Part shown: in pieces, positions 1 through 9,864 of the stretch
Layout of the letters: the number at the start of each line of letters is the position of its first letter
How positions within the stretch are numbered: position 1 is the stretch's first letter
From: Myxococcota bacterium
Lineage (GTDB): Bacteria > Myxococcota_A > UBA796 > GCA-2862545
Direction of reading: 5' to 3'
Assembly (NCBI GenBank): GCA_039208735.1
Contig: JBCCQY010000027.1
Coordinates: 1-64,000, forward strand
DNA: 64,000 nucleotides
The notes under the pieces: model-generated
What the model was told of the DNA's origin: nothing
Database searches by the model: none
Seen by the model: only the letters and a program-made list of their open reading frames with translations
Made by a program: the position numbers and the translations under genes

Positions 1-744
1 AGCCCGCATGACATCGAGGGCTTGTTGTTGGACCAACTCCCGTACGGTCTGTTGCGACGCTTTCCGGAGACCGACGATCTGGGCAGAAACCTTTTGGAAG
101 GCGTCCATCATCCGATCGGCTCGGCGGCGAAGCTCGGCGGCCGCTTCGGGATCCGGAATCTGCTCGAACGGCAGAGGCTGTCCTTCGACCATGGGCAAGA
201 TGGCGGGCGGGGCTCCATTTTCTCCGGTGCTCACGAGCGTCAGTCCGCTGCTGGCCAGTTCTGCCTCGAAGGTCCCCGAAACGGCCGCCATCTGCTGTCC
301 TGCGGATGCCTCGATCTGCCGGACTCTCGCACGCAGGCTGTCGTGATTCACATGATCGGACAGGTCCTCACGAACGAACCGAACCAGCTCTTCGGCTCGG
401 GCATAGAGGCGAGGCCCGTCGCCGGGGGGTAAGGTGAGACGTCGAGGCTGACCCGGTTCGGCGAAATGGTGGACGTAGACGTGGTCAGAGGGTGCGGGGG
501 AACTCGGAGCGACCGCCTTCAGGGTGTCTAGCACAAGCGTGCGTCGGCCTGTACCCGCAATCCCACGCACGAACACATGGTGACCCGCCGCATGGATCCG
601 AACGCCAAACCGCAGGGCTTCGTGCGCACTATCCTGGCCTACGACGCCGCTCGCAGGAGCCAGTTCTTCGGTGCTTCCAAACCCAAGCCAGGCATCGGGG
701 CAAGTCCAGCGGAGTGCGTCAGCGGGAATTGGTGACTTCGGCAC
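1..744 (-). CDS. Lon-like (LonC/AAA_32) ATP-dependent protease, N-terminal part; runs off the window edge
   Basis: Not in the ORF track. Manual translation from GTG at 744 (GAGGT RBS) gives VPKSPIPADALRWTCPDAWLGFGSTEELAPASGVVGQDSAHEALRFG...HVFVRGIAGTGRRT...PSDHVYVHHFAEPGQPRRLTLPPGDG, the typical LonC N-terminus. The frame is open to position 1. Confidence 0.85.
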   Translation of the reverse strand, partial: MPKSPIPADALRWTCPDAWLGFGSTEELAPASGVVGQDSAHEALRFGVRIHAAGHHVFVRGIAGTGRRTLVLDTLKAVAPSSPAPSDHVYVHHFAEPGQPRRLTLPPGDGPRLYARAEELVRFVREDLSDHVNHDSLRARVRQIEASAGQQMAAVSGTFEAELASSGLTLVSTGENGAPPAILPMVEGQPLPFEQIPDPEAAAELRRRADRMMDAFQKVSAQIVGLRKASQQTVRELVQQQALDVMRA

Positions 745-857
745 AGCGACCTCGTGGTGTGGGGTGTGCCGACCGAGGTATCGCGGCATGCTCATCGAAC
801 CGACGAACGGTGCAGCGCCGACCCAGCGCTTTCGATACGCACCCACATGAGGTGACC

Positions 858-1277
858 ATGCGTATAGGACTCTGGTTTGGACTGGCTTTTGTCGTAGCGG
901 GGTGCGTACGCAATCCCGCTGCCATCAAGGGACAATGGCGACTCGAAGCGCAGCTTCCGCCCTCGGAGGGTGTGGAGATTCCGTTTGACGATGATCCGGA
1001 GGTCAATCTCATCGGATGGTTTCTCTCGGGGTTCGAATTCCGGAGTGGCGGTGTTGTGTTTGGCCTTTCCACTCGCGAGGGCAGGAACTTCACCCTCAAT
1101 CGGGGGCAGCGCGGGCGGTATCGATATGATGAAGGCACCGGAATCCTTCTTCTCAGCGATGATATCTTTGGTCCAACCCCAGGCCGCATCGAGGAGCCGC
1201 TCGTAGTGCTTCGGCTTGATGAAACACAGCTGGAGTTCGAGGACGCTGAAGGGGTGGCCTACCGTTTTGGTCGGTAG
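858..1277 (+). CDS. hypothetical lipoprotein
   Basis: GAGGTG RBS before ATG 858; signal peptide/lipobox MRIGLWFGLAFVVAGC. Confidence 0.7.
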   Translation: MRIGLWFGLAFVVAGCVRNPAAIKGQWRLEAQLPPSEGVEIPFDDDPEVNLIGWFLSGFEFRSGGVVFGLSTREGRNFTLNRGQRGRYRYDEGTGILLLSDDIFGPTPGRIEEPLVVLRLDETQLEFEDAEGVAYRFGR

Positions 1278-1356
1278 TCTCGATGCCGTCGTCGCAACTC
1301 CCGGGCTATCCATTTGTGTCGGCGCAGAGGGCGATCGGCAATGGGAGATCGGTTGG

Positions 1357-2112
1357 ATGATGACACTCGCGACGGCTACCTTGGCATGGTTCATGACCCA
1401 AGGGTGCGTTGGAACCGATTCTCCTGTCCCAACGAAGGGTGAGGCTGTCGCTTACGCGGCCCCGGCAACGTGTCACGACAAATGGAACCGCCCCTCTGTT
1501 GGCGTGCCCTCGAAGCTCCTTCGCGGACAGGGCATCAGCACGATGGATGCCGTGACGACAGCCACTGGCGTCGAGGTGTTGAATTACGCGGCCTGCGTTC
1601 CGCCAAAGGACGACGGGCAGGCGTTCTTCCTTCTCCTTCCCGACGGACAACCCGCCATCGCCGCCACACAGGACCAGATGTCAGCGCATCGGACCTCTTG
1701 TGAGGGCGAGCCCGTTTCGGACTATGCGTCTTTCCGAATTGCGGTGCCCCACGGTGCAGGCGCAGGGGAACGAGCATTTCTCTTGTATGGACGACCGGAC
1801 CGTATTCGCACCTTTCGCCTGACGAGCACGGCGTTTTCGGAGGGGCGACCCGCAACCACGTGCCTTCGCGAGGGGTACAATACCGTGGGATATCGAGCGG
1901 GGGATGTGGAGTATTTTGTCCAATCGCAAGAAGATTATGGCGGAAGCTGCCTGCGGGAGGTTGCCTTCGTGACGATCGGAGAGCAATGCCAGGCGACGGG
2001 CCGCTTCCTTGGGGACTGTCCAGAGGGTGGACCTGGCGGAACCGGCCTCTTCGGAAAGCCTGCGGCTCTACCAGGCTCACATCTGGACAACACTCCGAGG
2101 CGATCGTCATGA
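1357..2112 (+). CDS. hypothetical secreted/lipoprotein, Cys-containing
   Basis: GGGAG upstream; MMTLATATLAWFMTQGC lipobox-like N-terminus; long open frame. Confidence 0.6.
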   Translation: MMTLATATLAWFMTQGCVGTDSPVPTKGEAVAYAAPATCHDKWNRPSVGVPSKLLRGQGISTMDAVTTATGVEVLNYAACVPPKDDGQAFFLLLPDGQPAIAATQDQMSAHRTSCEGEPVSDYASFRIAVPHGAGAGERAFLLYGRPDRIRTFRLTSTAFSEGRPATTCLREGYNTVGYRAGDVEYFVQSQEDYGGSCLREVAFVTIGEQCQATGRFLGDCPEGGPGGTGLFGKPAALPGSHLDNTPRRSS

Positions 2113-2249
2113 CGAATACGCTCAACTGGGAGAGCTACTACTCGGGTCTGATGCGGGTCGATGTTGAAGGGCCGCTGGATGTACGGCTGGCCTTTCATGA
2201 CCGCTGCGCAAGTCACTGAAGTCGCGCCCGGTCGATGGACCGGCAGAGG

Positions 2250-4784
2250 TTACGCGTCAGCAATCCAGCCTGCCGCGCGGGCACGATGGACCGCCTGGGT
2301 TCGATTGCCGACATCCATCTTGCGAAAAATGTGATGGATGTGGGTCTTGACCGTAGCCATCGAGACGGAGAGGTGATCGGCGATGCCTCGGTTGGTCATG
2401 CCCCGCGCGACAAGGCCGAGCACCTCAGTCTCCCGGTTGGTCAAGGGTTCCCCCTTCATCTTCCCCTTCTTGCGCATCTCGACCATGGGGAGGGGAGTGC
2501 GCAGCGCGGATGCCAGTCCGATGTCTGAACGTCGAACCTGCGCATGCACCGTTTCCGCCTCCTTGTGCAGGCCAAGCGCGTCAAGCAGGGAGGCCTCCAA
2601 AGACCGCCAAATGACGGCGAAGACACGCGCGCCATCGCGCTGTGCGCGTTCGATCTGGCGGCGTGTCTCTTCGAGGGCTTCGTGTGGCGCGCCCTCACGG
2701 GCCTGCAGCCAGACCTTCATCCAGTCGTGCCAGAATCTCGCCGTTGGAGAGGAACACTGGTTTCGGGGAGTTTCTTTAAGGACGGCGCGTACGCGAAACG
2801 GCTCATTCCGATGAACCCCGACAATCCCGCCGACCAGAAGTCCTCCCTTGGGCCCCAACCCGCGAACGCAGTCGGCCGCGCGTAACACCTCGACTTCGGC
2901 CGCCTCGGTCTCCCCAAGCATCTCGAGGGCCAATGCGAGGAGCGCTCGGCCCGACGCCTCATCGTCGTTCGAGTACAAGTAAGTGTATCGAGAGATGGCT
3001 TTTTGCACGGTATCGCGTGCCAGCTGAAAGTCCCCTTGCCACAGCGCCGCCCAGCCTCGCACCTGCACAGGAAACCCCTGGGCCTCCGCATCGGGGCCAC
3101 GAAGGAGCGCTTGGCTCACTTCATCGGCTTCGTTGAAGCGTCCCATCAAGCAGAAAATCCGCATGCGATGTTGGAGCGCCCCCACCACGAGCGATCGGTT
3201 ACCCACGCGGTTTGCTCCCCGCACGGTCCGGGTGAGGGCATCGAGCGCAGCGAACAGCTCTCGTCGCCCCAGCAAGACCGTCCCGCGAATGAAGCTCACC
3301 AAGACGGCAAGCGAGTGCTCGGGATCGTCGAGGTGCTGCAAGGTGAGGTCAACGAGGCGTAGGGCCTCGTCGGTCTTGGGCGAGAGATGAAGTACAAACG
3401 CCTGGACGGCGTAGAGGTTGGCGAGGATCTCCCTCCTCATCGCGTCGGGGAGGTCTTTGCGCACCGTCAGAGCGTGTTGAATGCATTCCTTGGCGTGCTC
3501 CAACTCGACGTGCCTCCGGGCCAAGGCTCGCGCCCACAGCGCAAACACCCCCGCCCTGGGGTGACGCCCGACGAAGCCATCGGGCGCGGCATCGAACCAC
3601 CGATTCAGGGTGTCATGGCCCCCGAGGAACAGTACCGACGAGCCGAACGTACACACCACCTGCTCGATGCGCTCAACCTCGCCGCTGTGCAGAGCATGGT
3701 GGAAAGCCTCTTGAACAAGCCCCTCTCCAAGTGCCCAGTCGCAAGCCAGGCGATGGAGTGCGGGAATGTCTTCGTCGCTCCGTTCGAGGGCAGAAAGGAG
3801 CAATGACGCGAACAAATGGTGGTAACGCCACCAATGCCTGTCCGAGTCCAGTGCAATGACGAAGAGGTTCTCCCGGTCGATTCGGTTCAGCATCGCGCCC
3901 GCATCCCCTCCCGCGACCGCCTCGCAAGCGGATACGCTCAGTCGCGCGAGGATAGAAGTTCGAAGTAGGAAGCGGCGAATGGGCTCGGGCTGGAGGGCCA
4001 GCACCTCCTCCATGAGGAACTGTTCGAGGGCTTGCCCGGGGCGGGCGGACTTCGCCAGTTCCAGGGCGGGGATACCCGCCTTTACATTCAAGGCCGAAAG
4101 CTGGATCGCCGCAGCCCATCCCTCCGTGCGGGACTCGAGCGCCGCAAGTTCCTCATCCGTCAGCGTCAGGGCCATCGTGTCCGTGTAGAAGGAGCGAGAT
4201 TCCTCCAACGAAAATCGAAGCGCCCGCCCGTCGATGATGGTGATCTGACCGCGCACTTGAAGCCGGGCCAACGGAAGATGAGGCTGCTTACGGCTGATGA
4301 GGACGACGTGGCAAGGCTCGGGAAGGTGTTCGATGAACCAACCCACGGCCTCGATCAGATCTGGCTCGCGAATGTGATGCGCGTCGTCCAGAACGAGCAC
4401 CAACGGCTCGCTGCGTTTAGCCAACGGAGGGATGACCCAAACCGCCAAGAGTTCGACCAGCGGACCATGGCCTGAGATCGGCGGGTGGTTTGCGAGTTCC
4501 GGAACGTGGGAACTTAGGGTGGCAAGAAGGCCTCGCAGGAGTGCGAGTGGCTGATTGTCCTCGGGTTCGAGCGACAACCAAGCGTGAGCGTGTCCTCGGG
4601 TTTCCAGCCACTGGGCGATGAGGGTGGACTTTCCCGAACCTGCGGGGGCGCTTACGAGCGACACGGGCTGCCAAAGGGCCGCATCGAGACACTCAAGGAG
4701 CCGCTCCCGAGGGACCGCACCCGGCCTCACGGGAGGGGCTTTGAGCTTTGTAGGTAGGACACCGTGGGGAGTCGCTGGAGTCAT
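2250..4784 (-). CDS. MalT-like LuxR-family transcriptional regulator (STAND ATPase + C-terminal HTH)
   Basis: TKLKAPP N-terminus, Walker A APAGSGKST, LVLDDAH, TEGWAAAIQL, WWRYHHLF, C-terminal LTNRETEVL...TVKTHIHHIFRKM. Confidence 0.93.
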   Translation of the reverse strand: MTPATPHGVLPTKLKAPPVRPGAVPRERLLECLDAALWQPVSLVSAPAGSGKSTLIAQWLETRGHAHAWLSLEPEDNQPLALLRGLLATLSSHVPELANHPPISGHGPLVELLAVWVIPPLAKRSEPLVLVLDDAHHIREPDLIEAVGWFIEHLPEPCHVVLISRKQPHLPLARLQVRGQITIIDGRALRFSLEESRSFYTDTMALTLTDEELAALESRTEGWAAAIQLSALNVKAGIPALELAKSARPGQALEQFLMEEVLALQPEPIRRFLLRTSILARLSVSACEAVAGGDAGAMLNRIDRENLFVIALDSDRHWWRYHHLFASLLLSALERSDEDIPALHRLACDWALGEGLVQEAFHHALHSGEVERIEQVVCTFGSSVLFLGGHDTLNRWFDAAPDGFVGRHPRAGVFALWARALARRHVELEHAKECIQHALTVRKDLPDAMRREILANLYAVQAFVLHLSPKTDEALRLVDLTLQHLDDPEHSLAVLVSFIRGTVLLGRRELFAALDALTRTVRGANRVGNRSLVVGALQHRMRIFCLMGRFNEADEVSQALLRGPDAEAQGFPVQVRGWAALWQGDFQLARDTVQKAISRYTYLYSNDDEASGRALLALALEMLGETEAAEVEVLRAADCVRGLGPKGGLLVGGIVGVHRNEPFRVRAVLKETPRNQCSSPTARFWHDWMKVWLQAREGAPHEALEETRRQIERAQRDGARVFAVIWRSLEASLLDALGLHKEAETVHAQVRRSDIGLASALRTPLPMVEMRKKGKMKGEPLTNRETEVLGLVARGMTNRGIADHLSVSMATVKTHIHHIFRKMDVGNRTQAVHRARAAGWIADA

Positions 4785-4828
4785 GCGGGGCGCGTACCCA
4801 CGGCCAAGCCCCAAAGCAAAGACAGCGC

Positions 4829-6424
4829 TCAACGAACCCCGTAGATGTCCAGCAGTTCCTCGTCTGGGCCGTCCACGAGTTCGGAATTCAGGTCGACACG
4901 CAGGCTCGAGAAGCTGTCAGCCTCGAACTTCGACCACGTCGGCAGCCCATGGCCATTGGGAGAGCCCGTGCGGGCAAACTCGACCAGCGTGTCGGACCAC
5001 TGCTCCGAGAGTTGCTGGTTCTCGGGTGTCGGCTCGTGGAAGAGGATGCCGGGATGATTAGGTTCAATCCACCGGAACAGGAATGGGATCTGGGCTCCGT
5101 GGGTGATGCCAAGCGGGTGATCGGTGGGAACTTCAAAGTTGTAGACCCATCCCCCCGCTCCGTACTCGGAAGCACTCGATGCAATCCGCAGTGCGCTTGA
5201 CCGGAAGATGTCGTACCAGACTCGGCCCAGGCGATCGACGACGCTGGAATCCGCTAGGCTCTCATCGAGAAAGTTGAGGTATTCAGCCGGATCTCCACCC
5301 GCGACGACGTCATAAGCCAAGATGGAGATGAACAGCTCACCCAGCTCGTCGGTGGGGGCGAACGGAGGCGCCAGGGCCACACCGTCGTCCTGGGTCGTTC
5401 CCGTGAGAATCGGAATCTCGCTGGCCCATCCCTCTCGAACCGCTTGGCTAGGACGTTGGGAGATGACCTCGCCGTCGATGGCGGTGTTGGGCTGAAATCC
5501 TGCACTGACGTGTGTCTCAACGAGCTGCTCGGCCGTCATGGACCGAAGCCGCTCGATCACCTGCGCGTCCGAATCCAGCTTGAGGTACCCCTTCATGAGT
5601 TCGACGTCATCCGAAGGAGGATTCAGGACTTCGCCCCCACTAAGCGCCATGGCCTTGCCAAAGAGCCCCTCGGCTGACGGGGTCGCCAGCAACGAGAACA
5701 CTGCATTGCCTCCTGCGCTCTGGCCGAAGATTGTGACGTTCTCGGGGTCTCCGCCGAAGGCCGACACGTTGTCGCTCACCCAGTTCAAGGCCGCCACCTG
5801 ATCCTGAGTGCCCAGGTTGACGCTATCGGCATAGTCACCTCCCAAGTCACTGAGGTTGAGGAACCCGAAAATGCCCAGCCGATAGTTGATGGTCACGACG
5901 ACGACGTCGTGATTCTCTACGAGTTCGGTAGCCTCATATTCGTGGCTGGAACCATTTTGGTAGGCCCCTCCATGAATCCATACGAGGACCGGCCGGTTTC
6001 CCGTCAATTCGGGAGGAGTGTAGACGTTGAGGAACAGGCAGTCCTCGCTCTCTTCACCGGGCGTTTCGCGGTCTCCCAAAAAGAGCTCGACCACCCCCAC
6101 CTGATAGCTGCGGTTCCCAAAGCTCGTCGCATCGGTCGTCACTTCGTCCGCATCCAGCGGCTGCGGGGGCATGAAGCGGAGTTCATCAACGGGTGGCTTG
6201 GCGTATCGAATGCCTAAGAACCGATTGTGGGTCCCGCCAGAGATTCCTTCGATGATGACGCCATTGTCGGTCATGACCTGCGCCGATCCCTCGGTCACGG
6301 CTCCAGTCTCTTCGCCGCGATGGGTTTCGGGGTTGGGTTCACCTGGATTGGGCGCACACCCAACCACGCCCATGAACGAGACGGCCACGGCAAGCCAAGC
6401 GAAACGGGCAATATTAATACGCAT
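4829..6424 (-). CDS. type-B carboxylesterase/lipase, lipoprotein
   Basis: Lipobox VVGC; EDCLFLNVY, WIHGGAY, NYRLGIFGF, nucleophile motif GQSAG. Confidence 0.93.
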   Translation of the reverse strand: MRINIARFAWLAVAVSFMGVVGCAPNPGEPNPETHRGEETGAVTEGSAQVMTDNGVIIEGISGGTHNRFLGIRYAKPPVDELRFMPPQPLDADEVTTDATSFGNRSYQVGVVELFLGDRETPGEESEDCLFLNVYTPPELTGNRPVLVWIHGGAYQNGSSHEYEATELVENHDVVVVTINYRLGIFGFLNLSDLGGDYADSVNLGTQDQVAALNWVSDNVSAFGGDPENVTIFGQSAGGNAVFSLLATPSAEGLFGKAMALSGGEVLNPPSDDVELMKGYLKLDSDAQVIERLRSMTAEQLVETHVSAGFQPNTAIDGEVISQRPSQAVREGWASEIPILTGTTQDDGVALAPPFAPTDELGELFISILAYDVVAGGDPAEYLNFLDESLADSSVVDRLGRVWYDIFRSSALRIASSASEYGAGGWVYNFEVPTDHPLGITHGAQIPFLFRWIEPNHPGILFHEPTPENQQLSEQWSDTLVEFARTGSPNGHGLPTWSKFEADSFSSLRVDLNSELVDGPDEELLDIYGVR

Positions 6425-6569
6425 GTCTATTTTATCCTTGATGGAAATATGACGGGATTGGAAAGCGTCGCGACGTGGCATCGTCAACGCGTTAGATTCA
6501 ACCTTGTGAAAACCGCATCTCTGCGTTCTTCGATTTCTGGTGTTTGCTAGAAACTGCGTTTGCGAAGAC

Positions 6570-6944
6570 TCAGATTTCCGTCAGGGTGCAGTCCGAGCCC
6601 TCTTCGCAGACCTGATCGCATCCATCGGTCGGACAGGCGAACTCGCAGATCGCGCCTGCTTCGCAGGTCTGCGTACAGTCGGAGCCCACGCAGGACACGC
6701 GACAGTCGGAGCCATCCAAGCAGATCTGGTCGCAACCGCCCCCGGTGCAGCTGGTGGTGCACACTCCGCCTTCGCAGATCTGCTCGCAGTTTCCTCCCGT
6801 GCACGACGGCGCACAGTCGTCACAGGCCTGTTCACAGCCGCCACGAAGGCAGTCACTCGTTCCTCCTGTCAAGGCGGCACAGCCACCGAACAAGGATGCC
6901 GCCCCCAACGCAAACGCCATTGACCACGCACGAGCTACCACCAT
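6570..6944 (-). CDS. cysteine-rich repeat lipoprotein
   Basis: AAGGAGG RBS; lipobox LFGGC; 20 further Cys in C-x3-C-x4/5 repeats. Confidence 0.8.
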   Translation of the reverse strand: MVVARAWSMAFALGAASLFGGCAALTGGTSDCLRGGCEQACDDCAPSCTGGNCEQICEGGVCTTSCTGGGCDQICLDGSDCRVSCVGSDCTQTCEAGAICEFACPTDGCDQVCEEGSDCTLTEI

Positions 6945-7167
6945 GGGTTCCTCCTTTCATCTACGACGTCGAGATGAAGACCCTCCGTCGAGTACGCAAT
7001 GGAGGTACCCCGAGGGTCGGAATCCGAAATCAACCGAAAGGTTGAGATGGCCCAACTCACCGCAAGAAGCCGTTGCCGCCTCCTGTAAGCGGATGTCCGG
7101 CCGGGCTTGCCGGCTCGACGTCCTTCTTGGAGCTGGATTCGATACTCTGCGTCTAGCTGGAGCCTTG

Positions 7168-9864
7168 GTGACTGAACTCATCCCCAACACCTGGACCCTC
7201 GTTGACGGAAATGTTGACTTGGTTCGTGGGGTCGTGTCCCGCGAGAGCGGGAAGGCCACGCTGACCACACGCGAACTGCAGCTCTTGCGCTTCCTCGTCG
7301 CTCGGGAGGGCGAGGACGTGGAGCGGGATGAGCTGTTGCGCGAGGTGTGGGGGTACCGGGGCCGGTTGCCGACGACGCGGGCACCGGACTTCGCAGTGCG
7401 GCGGGTTCGAGGAAAGATCGAGGTGGATCCCTCCAACCCGATGCTGTTGCTCACCGTACGCAGCCACGGCTACCGTTTGGTCCCGCCTTTGCCCTCTCGA
7501 ACGTCCGCCATGCCGCTTCCTGAGCCGGTGGTGGAGACCACGCCGGTTCCTCGCGAAGTCGATCTGTTCGTAGGGCGGGACGACCTCTTGTCACGTTTGC
7601 ATGCGAGTGTTGCGGCCACGCAGGTCACCACGTTGCTTGGGCCGGGGGGCGTGGGCAAGACGCGACTCGCGATCCATTTTGCGGCTCAGTACTCCGACGA
7701 GGTTGTGTTTTGCGACCTTTCCGAGGCCCATGACCGGGCGGATGCGTGCCTGGCCGTCGCTCGAGGGCTTGGCGTCCAAGTGCTGGGCGACGAGCAGGCC
7801 ATCGTGGTCAACGCGCTGCGGCAACGCGCGCCCTTGCTGGTGATTCTCGACAATGTCGAGCAGGTCGTCAAGCCCATGGCTCAGCTCCTTCCCTCGTGGA
7901 TCGAAGCGACGGAACGCGTGCAGTTTGTCGTCACGAGTCGGGTTCGCCTGCGGATTCCGGGGGAGCTGAATCTGCTTGTGGGCCCGCTATCGGCTCCTGC
8001 GGCGGCGGCATTGTTTCGGGAGCGCGCCGAGGCCGCGGGCGCGACCCCCCTTCCGGCAGCGGATGAACCGCGGCTGCGCAAGGTCGTGGCCCTGCTCGAT
8101 TGCTTGCCCTTGGCCATCGAGTTGGCCGCGTCTCGGAGTCGGGTCCTCGATCTCGACGGGTTGGCGGATCGCATCCACCAACGTTTCCAGATTTTGGCCT
8201 CGCCGAAACGGACAAAGCATAACTCAATCCTTGCCATTCTTGAAGAGAGCTGGTTCCGGCTTGATCCGCTCGCCCAGCAGGCGCTCGCCCAGCTGACAGT
8301 CTTTCCGGGAAGCTTCACCCTGGAGGCGGCTGAGGCGGTCATCGAGGTTGAAGGAGCATGGTCGGTCGACTTGGTCGAGCAGCTCATGGACCACAGCCTG
8401 GTTCGTCGCCACGAAGGTCATCGCTTCCACCTGCTGGCGATGGTGAGGGACTTTGCGTCAGGGTTTCTCAACGACGAAGGCGCAGCGGAACGACACGGGC
8501 GCTACTATGCCGGATGGCGAACGGATGGCTTTCAGAAGCTCGATTTCTCAAAGCGGAGGTCGCACCTTCCTGAAGCCGAGAATTTGACCGTCGCCTGTCG
8601 CCGAGCGATCGCCCGCCATGACATCGCTGTGGCGACGCGCACGTTGTTTTGGGTGTCGCACGTGGTGGCCACGCAAGGGGTGGTACAGCGCCTCGCTGAT
8701 CTAGTGGACGCAATGGCCTCGCTGCCCATCGAAGGATGGCTGGAACGGTCTTGTCTGGCTGCTTCTCGAGGATTGGTAGCTCACATTTTGGGCAATCGTG
8801 ACCAGGCAGCGATCCATTGGCAGGAAGAACGGGAATGTTGCTTACGCGCAAACGAGCCCGCAAGGGCGTCGGCGGTCTTGTTTCGGCTGGGCGTGCTTGT
8901 CGAACGGGTCGACCCGGAGTTGGCGAAGGCGCAGCTGGAACGCTGTCTTGCCGAAGCGCGAGCCTGCGAGGCGGGCACCGTCGAGGTGCGTGCCTTGTAT
9001 GGGTTGGGTGATTTGGCCCTGTTGCAGCGTGACTTTGATTCGGCGAACCACTGGCTTCAGTCGGCCCTCGCGCGATGCGGACCCGCCGGCGACCCGGCCT
9101 ACGAAAGCGTTGTCCGAAGGTCGCTGGCTCGGGTGGGGCAGGCGATGGGACGACCCGATGAGGCTCGAACGGAACTCGAACGGTCGCTCGCCATTGCCTT
9201 GGAATGGGGAGAGCCCGCGAGCGCTGCATCGACCCGCGTGTTGTTGGCGGACATTTTGGCGGTGACGGGAGCGTTTGACGATGCACATCGTGCGTACACT
9301 GAATCCGCGCGTGACTTGGCGCGCTTTGGGGTAGGTCCGCTGCGGCTGGCCCGGGTCTCGGCGAGGCACGCCATGCTCTACCTGATGCAGAGGAAGCTGC
9401 ATGAGGCCGAAGAGACCGCCCATCGGGCGCTCCACACGGTGGAGGGCTTAGGAGCACCATTCAACACGGGACTCGCTCGTCTCGTTCTGGCCAACGTGTC
9501 TCGGCGACAAGGCCATCGCGGAGATGCACTGCGCGACGGTCAAGCGGCGCTCGCGCTCGCCCGAACCATTCGTGCTCCCTCGTTGCTCGGGGAGACCCTG
9601 TTGCTACTCGCCGGATTGGCGGCCGAAGGCAACGAGTTCGGGTTGGCCCAAGGTTATCTGGACGAAGCGGCGGGCCTTATCGAGAGGCTCCACAACGGGG
9701 CCTATCCGAGCCGGGTGAGTGCGGTCGAAGCCGAGTGTGCCTATTGGCGAGGGGATACCGAACAAGTTGAGCGGTCGATGAGACAGGCGTGGTCCCAGTT
9801 GAACCCTCATCGGGTGGACGCCCGGCTCGAACTCGAGCGGGTCAACCAACTCATTCAGGGCTGA
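7168..9864 (+). CDS. winged-helix (OmpR-type) DNA-binding + NB-ARC-like ATPase + TPR regulator
   Basis: LTTRELQLL...ELLREVWGY...LLTVRSHGYRL; Walker A GPGGVGKT; LDNVEQ; LPLAIELAA; C-terminal TPR-like helices. GTG start is inferred. Confidence 0.88.
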   Translation: MTELIPNTWTLVDGNVDLVRGVVSRESGKATLTTRELQLLRFLVAREGEDVERDELLREVWGYRGRLPTTRAPDFAVRRVRGKIEVDPSNPMLLLTVRSHGYRLVPPLPSRTSAMPLPEPVVETTPVPREVDLFVGRDDLLSRLHASVAATQVTTLLGPGGVGKTRLAIHFAAQYSDEVVFCDLSEAHDRADACLAVARGLGVQVLGDEQAIVVNALRQRAPLLVILDNVEQVVKPMAQLLPSWIEATERVQFVVTSRVRLRIPGELNLLVGPLSAPAAAALFRERAEAAGATPLPAADEPRLRKVVALLDCLPLAIELAASRSRVLDLDGLADRIHQRFQILASPKRTKHNSILAILEESWFRLDPLAQQALAQLTVFPGSFTLEAAEAVIEVEGAWSVDLVEQLMDHSLVRRHEGHRFHLLAMVRDFASGFLNDEGAAERHGRYYAGWRTDGFQKLDFSKRRSHLPEAENLTVACRRAIARHDIAVATRTLFWVSHVVATQGVVQRLADLVDAMASLPIEGWLERSCLAASRGLVAHILGNRDQAAIHWQEERECCLRANEPARASAVLFRLGVLVERVDPELAKAQLERCLAEARACEAGTVEVRALYGLGDLALLQRDFDSANHWLQSALARCGPAGDPAYESVVRRSLARVGQAMGRPDEARTELERSLAIALEWGEPASAASTRVLLADILAVTGAFDDAHRAYTESARDLARFGVGPLRLARVSARHAMLYLMQRKLHEAEETAHRALHTVEGLGAPFNTGLARLVLANVSRRQGHRGDALRDGQAALALARTIRAPSLLGETLLLLAGLAAEGNEFGLAQGYLDEAAGLIERLHNGAYPSRVSAVEAECAYWRGDTEQVERSMRQAWSQLNPHRVDARLELERVNQLIQG

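Noticed and set aside
2109..2219. 36-codon ORF coupled by ATGA to the upstream gene
   Set aside because: Too short and motif-free; may be a truncated remnant.
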